NCBI GenBank assembly: GCA_964276515.1
Contig: OZ193909.1
Coordinates: forward strand, 4,402,001-4,466,000
DNA: 64,000 bases
Direction: 5' to 3'
DNA from: Gordius albopunctatus
Taxonomy: Eukaryota
In this document: piece after piece, positions 1-13,900 of the stretch
How positions within the stretch are numbered: the first letter of the stretch is position 1
Layout of the letters: each line of letters starts with the position of its first letter
Notes under the pieces: model-generated
Databases searched by the model: none
What the model was told of the DNA's origin: nothing
The model's input: only the letters and a program-made list of their open reading frames with translations
Position numbers and translations under genes: made by a program

Positions 1-1569
1 ATAAGTCTACAAGCTTTCGCAGGTTTGAAATTTGAATTAACGTGAATTAATAATTTTCTTATTTATAAAAAAAGTGATATAAAAAGGATTTTTTTCATTT
101 AAAATAGAAGGTATAAAGGCATTAGGGGGAAGAAATTTAACTTTGAAATAGTTAAATACGCAAAAAGAATTATTTTGAGGGTTGTGCACCTATATTTTAG
201 TCAAAATATAAATATAATTAATTAGTTGAAAAAATAAGGATTTAAGGAAATCGAAGGTTTTAGGCTCGAAGAGATCGACTTAGTTTAACAAAATAAATCC
301 AGCGTCTTTGTTAAATAAAAAAATCATATTTAAAAAACCATAATGTTCAAAATTTTATTTGAGGCCTGAGTAAATGCTACTGATCTTTTAAACTGAAAGG
401 AAGGGGGACATTTTAATAGAAATATTCAATAATGCCTCGAAGAGATTCCTCCAAAAATATGAGACTCACCAGTTAACATAATATTACATTTATTTGTGGC
501 CCCAAAAAACCTAAATTTTATTGTTTAATTCGAAACGCAAATCGCCGTTCTGTGATATTGCTTTAAAATGTTTGAGATCCTTTACCAATTTATCTCTTTC
601 ATAGTATATCCAATTGTGATCAAACCTTGTTAAACGATTGTCATATTTTTTTGTCCTTTTAAATTCTCAAATTGAATCCAAGATTGTTAAAATAAAAAAG
701 AAAGTTGAAAGTTTAATATATTGGATAGGTTTTATGGCAATATATTATAATTTATCATTTCTAATCGTTGGTTATTTTGATTTTAGTCCATGCCAAAAAA
801 TAACATAAGATTTAAATCACAAAAAACTTAAAATAGCATGTCTTTAGCCAATTTTAAGATAGCCACTCATTTTTCTGCCATTTGTTATTCGTATAAAAAA
901 TGTTAAATTATTCGTTAGAAAAAGAGGCATTCGAGCCAAAATGTTTTCCTGAATTAAGAAGAAAATATAGAATCAAAGTATTAATTTAACATTATAATTT
1001 TTTAGGATTTACCGCTCGGATGGGTTATAAAAGAGGGATATGATTTTCACTAATTTTTTATTTTGGCTTTAAATATAATAAAACACAACCGAATAAAAAT
1101 ATTTTACTATCCGGTAAGTTCTAAAGTTTAAATTTTTTCAATGTGGATAATATTTAATTTTGAATTATAAACAAATTATGCAGAACTATGTAATTTTTTA
1201 TAATATTTAGTCGCTTATTATTTCTAAACACCTTGCTTAAATGTATATTAGCATAAAGCCCTATCTTTTATTTTTAAAATTTATCAGTCATTTGCCCGTG
1301 CATTAAACTAATGTTGCGTAGCCAGGTTTTGGATTAGCGGAGGGGGGCAAAACATAATTTTATTTTAATTTTCAAAATAAATTATGAAACCATTAAAATA
1401 TTGTTTTAATTTTTTAGATTTATCGAACATGAAAAGGACGAAAGTTTGATAGGCAAAAAAAACAACATAAATAATATAACCCCCAAAGAGTATTATGCAA
1501 CACATTCAAAAGCTTATTTTTCATTAAATAATTGGATCATTTAAAGTTGTCTAATATGGCTGGCTCATA

Positions 1570-2550
1570 TCTTATATATAAAAATGAAACTATGTGTGTA
1601 TGTATGTTTGTATGTGTGAAGCCACAAATTTTGGAGAACTACCAGACCGATTTGGCTCAAAATTTCACAGTTTATTACCCACACTCCGGAGCATGTTTTA
1701 AGACATGTTCGAGCCAAATCGGTCAAGTAGTTTTCGAGATATTTTGTTTTATACGTTTTGACGTTAAAATGTCAATCAAACGCAACCTCATCGTGTTCTT
1801 TGAAAATTTCAATATATACAGTTCTTTAGTAAAAGTGTATCACTTATTGTATTTTCTAAAACGTAATCTTTTTTTAACGGTGACAACATAAAATGTATCA
1901 ATTAAACTTGAAATAAATAAAATTTCTTTCTAATTGGATTTTTTCATTCTTGGATTAGGCATGTGCTGCTGAAAATAGAAACTTTTTACGATTTGAAAGA
2001 TTAAATCAAGGCATGGGCGTACGCAGGTTTTGAATTAGGGGGGGGGGGTGTCAGATTAAAAAAAACATTTTCTCGACTATCCAAAAATTTTCATGAGATT
2101 ATATGATGGTCGTATCTCCTCCTGCGTGGCTAAATAAATTAAAAATCTAATTTTGTCATTTTTTGCGCGTTAAATAAGGAGAAAAATGAAAATGCTTTTA
2201 ACAAAGTGCCAATAAATGTTGATATATCTCAGTTCATCGGACATTATTAAGTTCAGAATTAAAAGTTTTATTCAGAAACAAATAATTATGATATTGTTTC
2301 TTAATTACAAAAAAAAATATAAAATAAATTGCTTGAAGGGTCAGGGGGCCAAAGACTTTTCCCATGGGTGGGGCAGGTTTTCTCTCTTGGGTGTGGCTGG
2401 GCCTTGGACCCTCTTTAACTATTTGCTTAAAAATTATCAAACTTTATTTTTACTTCGATAACCGCTTTATCATCATATATGCCCTAAAATTCCAACATAA
2501 TTTAATACACCCGGGTAAATGGCAAAACAACGTTTGCCGGGTTCATCTAG
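1570..2550 (+). mobile_element. Non-autonomous Helitron
   Basis: Starts A|TC followed by TTATATATAAAA and ends with hairpin GGCAAAACAACGTTTGCC plus CTAG|T (2547-2550). Its 3' ~600 bp resembles the 3' end of the RepHel Helitron at ~58140-58662. Confidence 0.85.
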
Positions 2551-4773
2551 TAATTTATAAACAAAAGTACGGTTTAAATCTAGTGAAAAGGTTTTTGAAA
2601 AATTAAAGCATGGGCGTACACAGGTTTTGGATTAGGGGGGGGGCAAAACGTATTTTTTTTTAGTTTTTAAGGATTTTTGCATTGGAAAAAAATATTTTTT
2701 CGCCATTTAGGGGGGGGGGGCGAATTAAAGTTTTAAATTTTTTATAATCTTAAGTTGAGATTAAACAGTTTCGCAGGTTCGGATAAATTTATGTTACATC
2801 AATATATCATTTTCAATGCATTATGCGGAACGGCTGTTTCATCTAGGCATTTTATGCCCCTCTATTTTGTTTTGGTAATATTTACAACAAAGGTTATATC
2901 CTTCGATTCCTCTCACAACCAACACCACATTAATTTATTGAGAAGATAACATCTTTTATCTATTTATTCAACGCTAAGCACGCACTTTAATTTACTCTTT
3001 TAAAAGAAGATAAAGAACAGTTGAGGGAATTATCATATAAATATTAACTCTCCTACACACGTTTTCTCTTCTTGGTAAACTTACTGAAAATATTTTAAAA
3101 TTTAATTTGCTTTTTTTATAATATACTGTCTAAGCTCAAAAGCTTGATGGATTAATTCTTTTACTGACCATTAAGTTGGTCACCTTAGTGACCACGTTCT
3201 CAAAAATCACAAAGCAATCAAAGGGGAAAGGGGGCAGTAACGAGAAATGGAAAGGTCGTTGCTGCAGTAATATATCATTTTGGCGGTTCATACATATTGG
3301 TTAAATTATGCGTCCACAAGCCATACACAACACACTATATGGGGGGGGGGGCAGATTGAGTAAAAAAAATATTTTTTTTAAATTATGATAATATGAAATT
3401 CTAAATAATAATTACTTATAAAATTGAATGATTAGCCTTACGTTATTTTTAGTCGTGTTGTGTATGTTACTACTTCTACTAACAACCCACTCGCACTGCC
3501 TCGCCTCGCATTGCGCTACCCCACCACATGCCTCCCTCCCTCTATAATACACTTTTTATCCCTTTGTGAGTTGAGGAGAGGGAGAGATAGAGAGAAAGGA
3601 AAGAGAAAAAAAGATATAGGAGTCTGAAAACGTTGAAACATTTATATATCATATTCATCATATATAAAAGATTATAAACAACACATTTTCATTTCCCAGC
3701 CAGCAGAGGCGCACAACAAACACAAGCACGACCACCACACCAAAACGCTTTGTAGTTTTGTTGTTTCAATAGTAAGTTTTAGTGGTGCTGGTATTATATC
3801 ATTCATTTCGATCGTCGTTCCCCGCGCATTAAGAGCTTTTCTCTTCTTTCTCTAAACATCTCCCTTTACCTACCAACAACCAAAAAATGGCTTTTGATCA
3901 CTCCTCCTGATTTAAATAAGCCACACCGCGCTTCAAAAGGAACCAAAGTAACAACTTTCCCTTTATATATTATTCGTCATCTACGACACCACAGCATTAT
4001 ATCGCATAAATATATATCATCGTGAGGAGAGATAATTGTAATTTAGTTAGGAGACAAGAATTCCTTTGTGAAATACCGGGGAACAACATTCTTTGAGACT
4101 AGTGCCTGCCTACAGTTAACAGGCAATAAAAGTTTCGCGTGCCTCTCGATCAAAACACAAAGAGTGAGGAGTTAGTCGGAATTACTACCTGCAATCAGGC
4201 GATGACGCTCTCTTCTTTATAATTAACGCCGCCGCCATTTTAATCATCATAATTCTGCGGGAGAACAAAAAAGATTCATCCCCTCCCATTTACACGTCAT
4301 TAAAATTTAAGTGGGGCGCAATCCCTTTATACTAGTTGCAGAGAAGGAGCAAAAGACACCAGCAAAATTTATAACTCTCAACACAAACAAAACTTCAAAG
4401 ACAAAAAGCCAAGTTGAATCGCTTTATTAGGAGGGTTTATTAGATGTGGCTCACCAAATTTATTACTTACCGTTCGTTACCTCAATGAACTACTTAAAAG
4501 ACAAACACAGGCCACTCCCTGCCTGCGCTAAAGGGAGGGACCTTTCGTTAAATTTTGACTCCGCCCATATTACCACCACGACCCTGGACTTCTCTTTTGA
4601 AGCCCGGCCATAGGTTGGGGTGAGAAAATTACATACCATACTACATAATATCTCATTGGTTCGTATGGCCATATGCGAACTCGACCTGCTTAATGAAAAT
4701 ATCTTCGTAAGACTCAACTTTAATTAAGAATCTGCAAAATAAAAGCTTGACTTTTAACCCGACAAAAACTTGA

Positions 4774-4947
4774 ATGCCCCATGTGAGTAATAATGTTAGC
4801 GTGGGTGGAGGTGGGAGCGGGGGCGAAGATGCCACTAGCGATGAAGTCAAGGTATTTACCGAAGAGGGAACGGAAGAAACCGAAAAACGAGATTCCGAAC
4901 GCGGTTTGGACGAAGAAAAAACTAGTCTCGTCAATATCTCCGACTCC
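4774..4947 (+). CDS. TCF: TCF exon 1, beta-catenin-binding domain
   Basis: MPHVS...[15 protein letters not shown]...[14 protein letters not shown] followed by donor GTAAGT at 4948. Confidence 0.92.
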
Positions 4948-7900
4948 GTAAGTCAAGACCCAACTCCCTTTACCTCCCCTATAAAAAATACCAAAATTTT
5001 GTAGTTAAATTACCCGAAAGTTTGAAATGATATTAATGTTAATTTTATTAAGTCTTTCCCATCTTTTGTTTAAAAGTTTTCGGCTAAAATAAAAAAAGGG
5101 TTTTTGAACGAGGGCGATCCGTGAAATGTTTTTTGATCGCACATGATTATCTGGCAAAGAAATCACCAAAAATTGTATTGATAGAGTGGGCAATTTATGT
5201 AGACCGATTAGATTGTCAATTATCATTAGTATATCAGATAAGAGAAATAACACGGGGTAGTTGGTAGTTTATTACATAATCATTCTTCTCATCCTTTATT
5301 ATCTATTTGCCTCCATATTTATGATGATTGACTTTTAGGGGTTGTTGTAAGATGGAGTCATTTAACACACAGAAACCGGCCTCCCTTTGTATAAAGGTGT
5401 TAAATAGAGGGAGAGGCAGGGGGACCATGCACGACACTGCTCTGCCTTCCCTGCCCTAGCAAAAATACTCGATAAATTCGACAATTAAGTATTAGCAATA
5501 CCATTGCAGCGTAGCAACAGAGTGCACATCAAAGGAAGTATAGCTCTCTCTCATCTTCTTTTACTGCTGCTCAAAGCTCGCTGGTTGGATGGCGGCGGTG
5601 TATTACATAAACCGGGGGAGGCGAGCTTGATATCGCGCAGAAATAGGGGGTGCAGTTAGAGAGGGGAGGGAGGGCAATCGGAAAACATAAAAGAGAAATA
5701 AAAAGATAAAAATAAATTTAATTACACCACTACCACATAACGTTCATTTTAGTAGTCATACATATTGTTTCTTTGCATTTAAAACGATACATTTTCCAAT
5801 TTTTAAGAGCAAATAGTTTTAGAAATCAATTTCCTCCAATCATTTTTATTTATTTTATACGTGATCATTCGCATAGGACAAAGTCGTAGCATCCTCGAAT
5901 TTTTTCTTGCCACAGGGTTCAATATTCGGTGGAAATCCCTTTCACTTAGCCGCGAGGTACAAAGGCGAAAATGGTGAGTTTCATTTAAAAACTAATTTAC
6001 AATATATATACACATACATGATTAAAATTAGCTAGTAAGGCACTTGTTTTTAATAAGTTTGAGAAATGCTTTTAATTCCGTACTAGGAGCGGGTGCAAAA
6101 AGTCTTTGCAATAAGGCGGTAGCTACTTTTATCAAAATGTGCTGCAAAGGCCGTACTTTTAGCATGCATTTTTTGGCAGGCAAATAACACCAAGAATGAC
6201 CTTCTCTCCTCTTTATTTACATAGCCACAACAACCGTTTGCGATTAATTAATTAAAGGAGGGGGGCGGCACGTTTAAAATCGTTAGCGCATGATTCACAT
6301 TTTAACCATGGTAAAATTGGGCACACAAAGAGCCCACGGCACGGGCTTTTTAAACAAAAGTAGCTGGGATTTAATTAAAATTGATATCATCATACCACCA
6401 CAAGAACGAGCAATTTAAGATGGATTAAGACGTGTATTTCTTAATTGCCCCCTTTTTTCGTGCGAGAAAAATGGCAAATAGAAATACTGCAGCAAATGGC
6501 TAGCTGCGCGCATTAATCACTCATTCCCTCTTCTGTGCTAAAGCCTCGTACACTACACGTACACACACACAGAGGATATTTTTTGTCATTGATGGATCGT
6601 TTTTCTCGTTTTCGTTTCATATCGGTCCGACAAAAGCGCACGTTATAGCCAACATTCGCCGTTCTCTCTCTCTATCCTAAAGCCTCTTGCGCCCCCGCCT
6701 TCCTTAATGCTGCTAATGGCATGTTTGTGGGGCTGTGGTGGTATTATATAGCGTGTGCCCTTTGAAACAAAGACCCGCTCCCATTCTATCTGAAATTGTA
6801 TGGTGTGTGTGTATGTGTAGTAAGTTGAAATGTAAATATGGCCCTAGGCTGGTTTTGGTGGAATGAACCAGGCAGGGCTTTACGTAGCGTCGGCCTAAAT
6901 GAGTAGATTGGGAAGGAAGTAAGATGTTGTAGGGGGTGGGCGGTCTATGCATGGGCGTAAGTGGCGACGGCCCCCCCTCTAAATCCAAAAATTTGTTGAG
7001 GGCTAAAATTTCCAAAAATGATTATTTTGCCCCTCTCTCCCCCCTGATGCTGGCTACGCCCGTATTTTCAGCAAAAAATAATTATGTATAATATTGTAGT
7101 TTTTGCCAAGTAATTAAAACGCCCGACCCCCTCTCTTCCTAAGAGAGCAGCCGACAAAAAGATGACCTGCGATGATGGTCTCTTTCTTTTCTCAAAACCC
7201 CAAGATGGATTACTATGTCTACGATTCTTCAAAGATGGCGCTGCTGGCTAGTTAAGATACGAGTGCAAAAACGTATGCTATATAATGTTTTTCGTCAAAG
7301 GGACTAGGTAGGAAAGAGATGAGGTGGTGGGCTATATTTTTGATGGGAAAATACCTAAAGGCCTGTTTGTAAGTTGGACTAGCTTTGCTGCTGCTGGTAT
7401 AATGTACGCACTCCACCCACACTACACATAAGGGGTTGCGAGACAGATAAAAGGAATCGAACGCTTAAGCTTAACCTTCTTAACAACCGTATAACGAAGA
7501 AATTGAGCAATGGCAAAGCCGTCCGTCTGGAATTTGCCATAACTCAAAGTGCGCCTAGAGAGTGATAAAGAAAATGGCCGGCGGCAAGCACAATTGCTTC
7601 CTAATTTTTATTTGTATATAATTTGTAGGTTAAAGGTGCTAATTTAGAAAAGATATATGTCATCATTATTAAATATGTGCATTTTCATTGCTTTGGGTAC
7701 AAGATAAAAAGGTATAAAAAATTTTGTTTTTTATATTGCTATTTGTCATTCTTATTTTTTTTCGGGAAAGGTAAACTTTTGGACCCCGCCACGTTATATG
7801 GGAATGGAGAAGCATTCCGATACTTCATTCCACCATACCCCCACCACAATGGATATCCCATGGTAATATCATATTTTTATAAAATTTGCAGAAATGTTGT

Positions 7901-10900
7901 ATATTTTCTGGGCTTAGCCAATAATCCTGGCTACTTCATAATTTTTATCTTTAATATATACAATAGCGATTATATTATATATGCAAATCTCATTACACAA
8001 AAGTTTATGATGTTGGACTCGCGTGCGACCACACATTTTTTTAATATTTCTCTCTTGTGACAGCAAAAGCGGATAAATGATTAATATCAAGAACGATGTT
8101 AATAATTAGAAACATAGAGGACACGCGACCTTTTTGGTGGCCTGTGCCTCTTTTACACTACTTCTCAGGAAGTTTTTATCGCTCCTTTAACGTTTCCCAT
8201 CAATTCTAACACGGCTACTATCTGCGCCTAAAGGCGATCTCGCAATTTATCATGAATAATAAATGCTTGGAAGCAATATTTGGTGTTTAAGTATAACTTA
8301 AGCTACTCGATAACTTATTAGGAAGCTATATATAGCAAGCACACGCACTGGTTTAAAACGGTCAAGGAAGTAATCTTACCTTTTAATGGACTAAGCTCTT
8401 GCGTGCAGGTTTATTGTAGTAGGATCTACAATCACCTCGTTGTTACAAGTGTTAAGGGGGTGCGAAAATAGTCATCTATCGCCATTGTACATTTTACATT
8501 GCAAAGTAAAGCTATTCCAAACTGTGGCAATCGAGCGAGCCCATAAATGAATACGAAATTAAACGGTTGAATTGTGGGAAACATTAGGCTTTAAATTGTC
8601 ATTCAAAAGGAGTGGGACTTTAAAATGGTTGGCTCACATATATATGTTTGTATAAAAATGTAAAGTAAATTCGGTTAAAAATTCCGTTTGATTCATCAGA
8701 TTTAACTATATTTACTAGTTATTGATATCCAGTTTATTGTGTATAATTTTTAAAACAAATCAATTATTGAATCTTAAAGAAGTCTTAAACTTTAATTAAT
8801 TTATTTTCACAAGCCTTTGTACCGACCAAAATATAAATGCACTTAGCACCTGGAATTGAGCCATAATATTTGCGATAATATCCACTAATTTAGTTGATAG
8901 CAATCGGAAATTGAGAGCCTTTTAATGCAGTACGAAACGCCATATTCACACAAACACAACATCTGAATTGATTGAGTTCATAAGGAACACGAAATTAATC
9001 ATGGCACACAGTTATGAATTTATTTTGGATATTAGTATCAATTTTTATTTTTAAGATTAATATATAATGAAAACTAATGTTTGCACTATATTAAACATCT
9101 TACTTTTTTGACACTATCTTTTGAAGAAATTTGAATATATTTTTACAACTAGCTTACAAAAAATACGGAAGTCAGGTTTTAATCTAATATAAATCAATTT
9201 TTTTTGAAAACCCTGATTAATATTATATCTAAATCTCTTGTTTGCTCAAAAACATTAACGATTTCGAGTGTGCCTTTTCAATTTATCTCCACCGTTTTCG
9301 GGAAACGCCAAATACTTTACACTCGATTGGTCTTGCAAGGATTATGTTTTTTCTTCTCAACCGCAAAAAGAAGACACCCCCCCTTCTCTCTTGTCAGATT
9401 TTATCTTTAGAATTGTAGAAAAATATATCCTTTAGCCTTGCCTTTTTGTGCGCTGCAAAATCTTCCATTTATACCTCTCATGTTGCGTTGCCTACCCCAC
9501 CAACCCACACCTCTCTCGCGTACAATTTGACAACTTTAATCATTTAAATTATTTTTTATCACGATCTATTTCCCCCCTTCAAGCCACACTGTCCACCACT
9601 AGCTTTCCATTAAAATACAATATTCGGTTTGGTTTAATTTGAGTTTTCGTGAGACATTGAGGATGTATAATAAGTTGGTTGGTTGCGTGTGTTATTTTAA
9701 GTTTGGCTGTCGAACAAAAAAATTGGCTAAAACGGACGGACAAGGGGACCACATTTTTTATTATTATTGTTAGCATCGGATCAGAGTTGTTATCAATTGC
9801 CTTGCTACACAACACGCACACCATTTTCTCTCTCGCCGCCCCCGACTTAATTTTCTTTCGCAAACTAAAGAAAGATTAATGAAAAAAAACGACTTTGGAT
9901 TTCGTTGAGATAATGTGAAACAAAGAGGAGGGGATTAAAACATGAGGGTTTTGTCGACAAATAGTGAAATACATATGCTTCTCCTCTCATGTCCACTCCC
10001 TCTCCTCCCCAGCTTTATTCAATTCCCTACCGTTTAAATTACAAAAATAAACCACGTACTACAATGCTAATTAACTAACATCACAAACAGCCACCCACAT
10101 ATTTTCTCGCCTTCTCAATACGGCAGAGGCAGACAGACATGTCATTTTCTCATTGTTCAGCCCTGCTGTGAAACTAAAAGGAGGCCTTAAATTCAAGCAA
10201 CAACACCATTACCATCCATATACATAAAACTTTTTGTTTTAACAAGCTTTAGGACTTTGTCTGTCTAGCTAGCATCCAAGTTATAGATTTCTCTTTGTTG
10301 CATCAAAGTTATGGGAGGTGCTTAAAACTATTTTAAAACACTTTCCTAAATAACACCCTTGATTAAATAATTTTACATTACATTTACGAGGGATTTTTTA
10401 ATGCTTGTATTGAAAAGGTAGATGTTGGCTGTCAATTAGTAAATGTAATATCTGAAATAATATTTAAAAGCAATGTTTTTGAGTGATGTCAATTTTGGGA
10501 AAAGCCTCGTTAATGGGATAAAAAGAGCTTTGTTTAATTAAAAAATAAATTATTAATTCGGCTGCTCTTTATAATGTTCTCTGACTTCCCTTTTTGCAGA
10601 GAGGTGAGGACTAAAGTAGATTTGTTAATTGATTTAGTTGAACTTTAAATATCCAACTCAGACAAATTTATCACATACAAATTTGATTTGTGAAATTTTA
10701 ATGAATTTTCTTTTGAGGAAATAACACTTTTTTTGTGCTAGCCAATGTTTTCTGTCGAGATCGGTTATTTTTAGATGCTGAGAGTAGGGAAGGGAGATTT
10801 TGAGGGAATGAAAATATAAATTATTAATTTAATTTGGCAAATTAAATTTTGCTGCGCTCGCCGCGGAGTAATTAATTAATTTGCCTTCAAAAGCAAAGAT

Positions 10901-13900
10901 AGAATTAGGAGAAACGAAGTTTTCCTCCTTTTCTATAAATTCGCTTAAAACAGCTTTTTTTAATTAAAACCCGCGGGCTGGACTAGTGTTTGAAGAACTA
11001 GGAAGTGTTTTTTGGCTTTTATGAGTTTTGGAATATTTGAATGAGGCAGGAAGAGAATTTGAAAGGTTCGGGATTTGTTTGCTAATTTTGCTTAAAATAC
11101 ACTGTCCAAACCAAATTTAGGTTCTTATCAAGGGAATGGGCAAATTTATTCCATCACCCTAGCAGTGGCGTACGCAAGGGGAGGGTTTTAGGGTTCAAAC
11201 TAGAGATCTACAAAGGGTCTTTTTTAGAAGGCCGGCCCGCCCGTACCCGTTTTCAGAACTTCAAGGCACGTCCGAGCCCGCCTGTAATTTTTTTCAACGC
11301 TTCAGGCCCGTCCGTAAATTTTTGAGGCCCGTTCGTACCAAAGCCCGTTCAAATTTTTTTGAAGAACTCCACCCGGCCCCATCAAAAATTTCATACAATT
11401 TCATTTTATTTTTTGACATATTTATAAAAAACATTATAATTATCATGTTAAAATAATAAATCATCAATTTATTTCTGAAGTTAATAGTACTACAAAATTT
11501 CAAAATAGTTCTACAAATTACTTTAAAAAATTACATGAGAATATTCCACTTTCAATAATTTATCTTTATTTGATTAATTTAAGTTAATACACCTAAGAAG
11601 TTAGAATATTAACATTAGATTAAAATACTTTAATAAAATTACATGAGAATATTCAATTTTCAATAAGCAGTTTACATTGATTTGATTAATTTATATCAGT
11701 TATACACCTTAGTTTTAGATTAGAAAAAAAATATTTATTAAATTATATGGCCCTAATAAATTATATAAAAATTAAAAATTCTAATTTTGGTGCATTGTAA
11801 CTAATTGAACTTAATTATAAAATAATATACGAAGACATAATCTTTAAGTATGCAAACGAAACCCCTTTCCCTGTGGATTTCGAAAACATATTTTTTATTT
11901 TCTAATATCGCATTATATAATAAATATTGCAGATAATTCTTTCCCATACTATTTTAACAAATTATATATGACGTTTATAATAAATATTTTTTGTGAATGT
12001 TTTATGATTTAAATAAATTTTAAAATTAATATGATTTTCATTTAAACCCCCCGCCCCCCGCAGAAAAATCCTGCATATGCCCCTGTCCCCTAGACATAAG
12101 CATAAAGGTCAGTGCCAATCAATAATCGATCAGTGATTGACATATTATTTTACATATTCAATTTTAATTTTTAGCATCAACTTTACCCATTAATACCTGT
12201 AAAATTAAGCTTAAACATTTTGGGGTTTAACCAAAAACCGCGCATTAATAAATATTGTTGCATATTCGCACCCTCCCTATCAACGAATACAAACCAACAA
12301 TTATTTAGTTTTTTGAGCCCTTTGGCTCAAATTTTAAAATGATGGATGAGAGGTTCCCCCGCTCTTTCATATGGCCAAATACATTATTTATAACATCTAA
12401 TGCGTGCGCTAACCATTAAAGACCTATTGTTCAATAGTCACTCTCCAAAATAACTAAACCCTTTTAAAAGTGTCAACTTCAATATAAATTATTATTTGTC
12501 AGACGATGCTTCGACGTACACCGACCGAGCGCTCTGCTCATTAATGAAAAGTGATACCGGGGGTTATATGTTGTTGCGTCCGCTTTTGTCCTGCGCGCGC
12601 CGTACGTGTAATGGACATTAAATATTTATGATAAATCATGCAGGGCGCACACTCTAAACAACTCTAGCAAGTCGCGATTGCCCCCCCCCCCCTCAATTTT
12701 ATTTTTTGGTATCAACAACGCGATGGCTAGAATAAAAGGTTAAAATCTCATCTTGGAGTTGGCAATTGACCAGCGACCACATTTAACGTTAAAATCCTGA
12801 ATAATGGCATGGACATGTGGAATTTGTCAAACCTTGCACCAGTCAGACTGACTGACAGAGGTGTGAATAGAGAGAGAGTGCCATTTGTTCTATCTGTATC
12901 TGTCATAAAATGCGAAAGAGGAAGGGGAGGGGGGGGGTATAGCCCTAAACTAATAAACTTTGAGCAATAGGTGTGGTAGGTAGGCAATTAGCTCCCCTAA
13001 TTTTATTTTAACCTTTAACGCCCCCGCGTGAACGTAAATTTTACGCTGAAAGAAAAATGATTATAACCATTGTTCGCTGGCTGGTTTACCCCAAAATTTG
13101 AACGAACTCTTCCCCGTTTAGCGATCACACAACTAACTCTGTTTTCTCTACCACACCTGATGCCTTTCATCAAAATCACAAATGTTTCCCTGATTTTTTG
13201 ATAAAAAAATGCCACAATAAAGTCTACCACACCACGAGATGGAATCCATCACTTTTCCACTGTTTAGTTTTGCGTTTTACGAACAACGGGGCACACGATG
13301 TACGCATTTGATTTGTGGTTGTTCAAGCGCTTGTTGGGGGTGTTTAAGCTAGAGGGGGGGGGGTGAAAATTTCACTTTTATCACGACCAGCCATCTAAGG
13401 CGAGTGACGTTAAAACTGAAAAGTGCTTAATATAAACACATAGAGGGAACCCAGATTGGGGATGGGATATCTTTGGTAATTATTGATTATTTTTCAAATG
13501 GCTCTCCCCCCGGTCGCTTCCCTTAGTTATTTGACAGACCGAAGGGACCGACAGCAAGCGGATGGTGTGTGTGCAATAGGCAGGCAGCTTATGTGTTTTG
13601 TTGCCTTATTATTTCACACGTCAAAGTAAGATTCGTGCAAAAATTGTCAGTCACCGTTTGTGACTTCCCTAAGTGACGGACGAGAGAAAGGACCAGGGAA
13701 ATAGATCGACATTTGGTTCTCCTTTAACCATTTAAGATATTATACACCATCCCGCTCGCACCATATCAATTTTTGCATCTTTCTTATTTGTCGTGCCGTG
13801 CGTAATTGCAATAACGATTTTCATTAAATTTTTGACACAAATTACAAAGTGATGATTAATTTTGTCTAGGGTCATGGGCCTAGCCAACATTGAAATTGGG

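Larger units (their letters stand above)
3217..7585. promoter_or_regulatory. Cluster of TCF HMG sites and C-clamp helper sites around TCF exons 1-2
   Basis: WTCAAAG/CTTTGAW at 3217, 4394, 5528, 6760, 7228; GCCGCCR on either strand at 4231, 5590, 7579. Confidence 0.4.

Noticed and set aside
1532..1891. 119-aa ORF
   Set aside because: Spans the 5' end and TGTA microsatellite of a non-autonomous Helitron; no protein motif.
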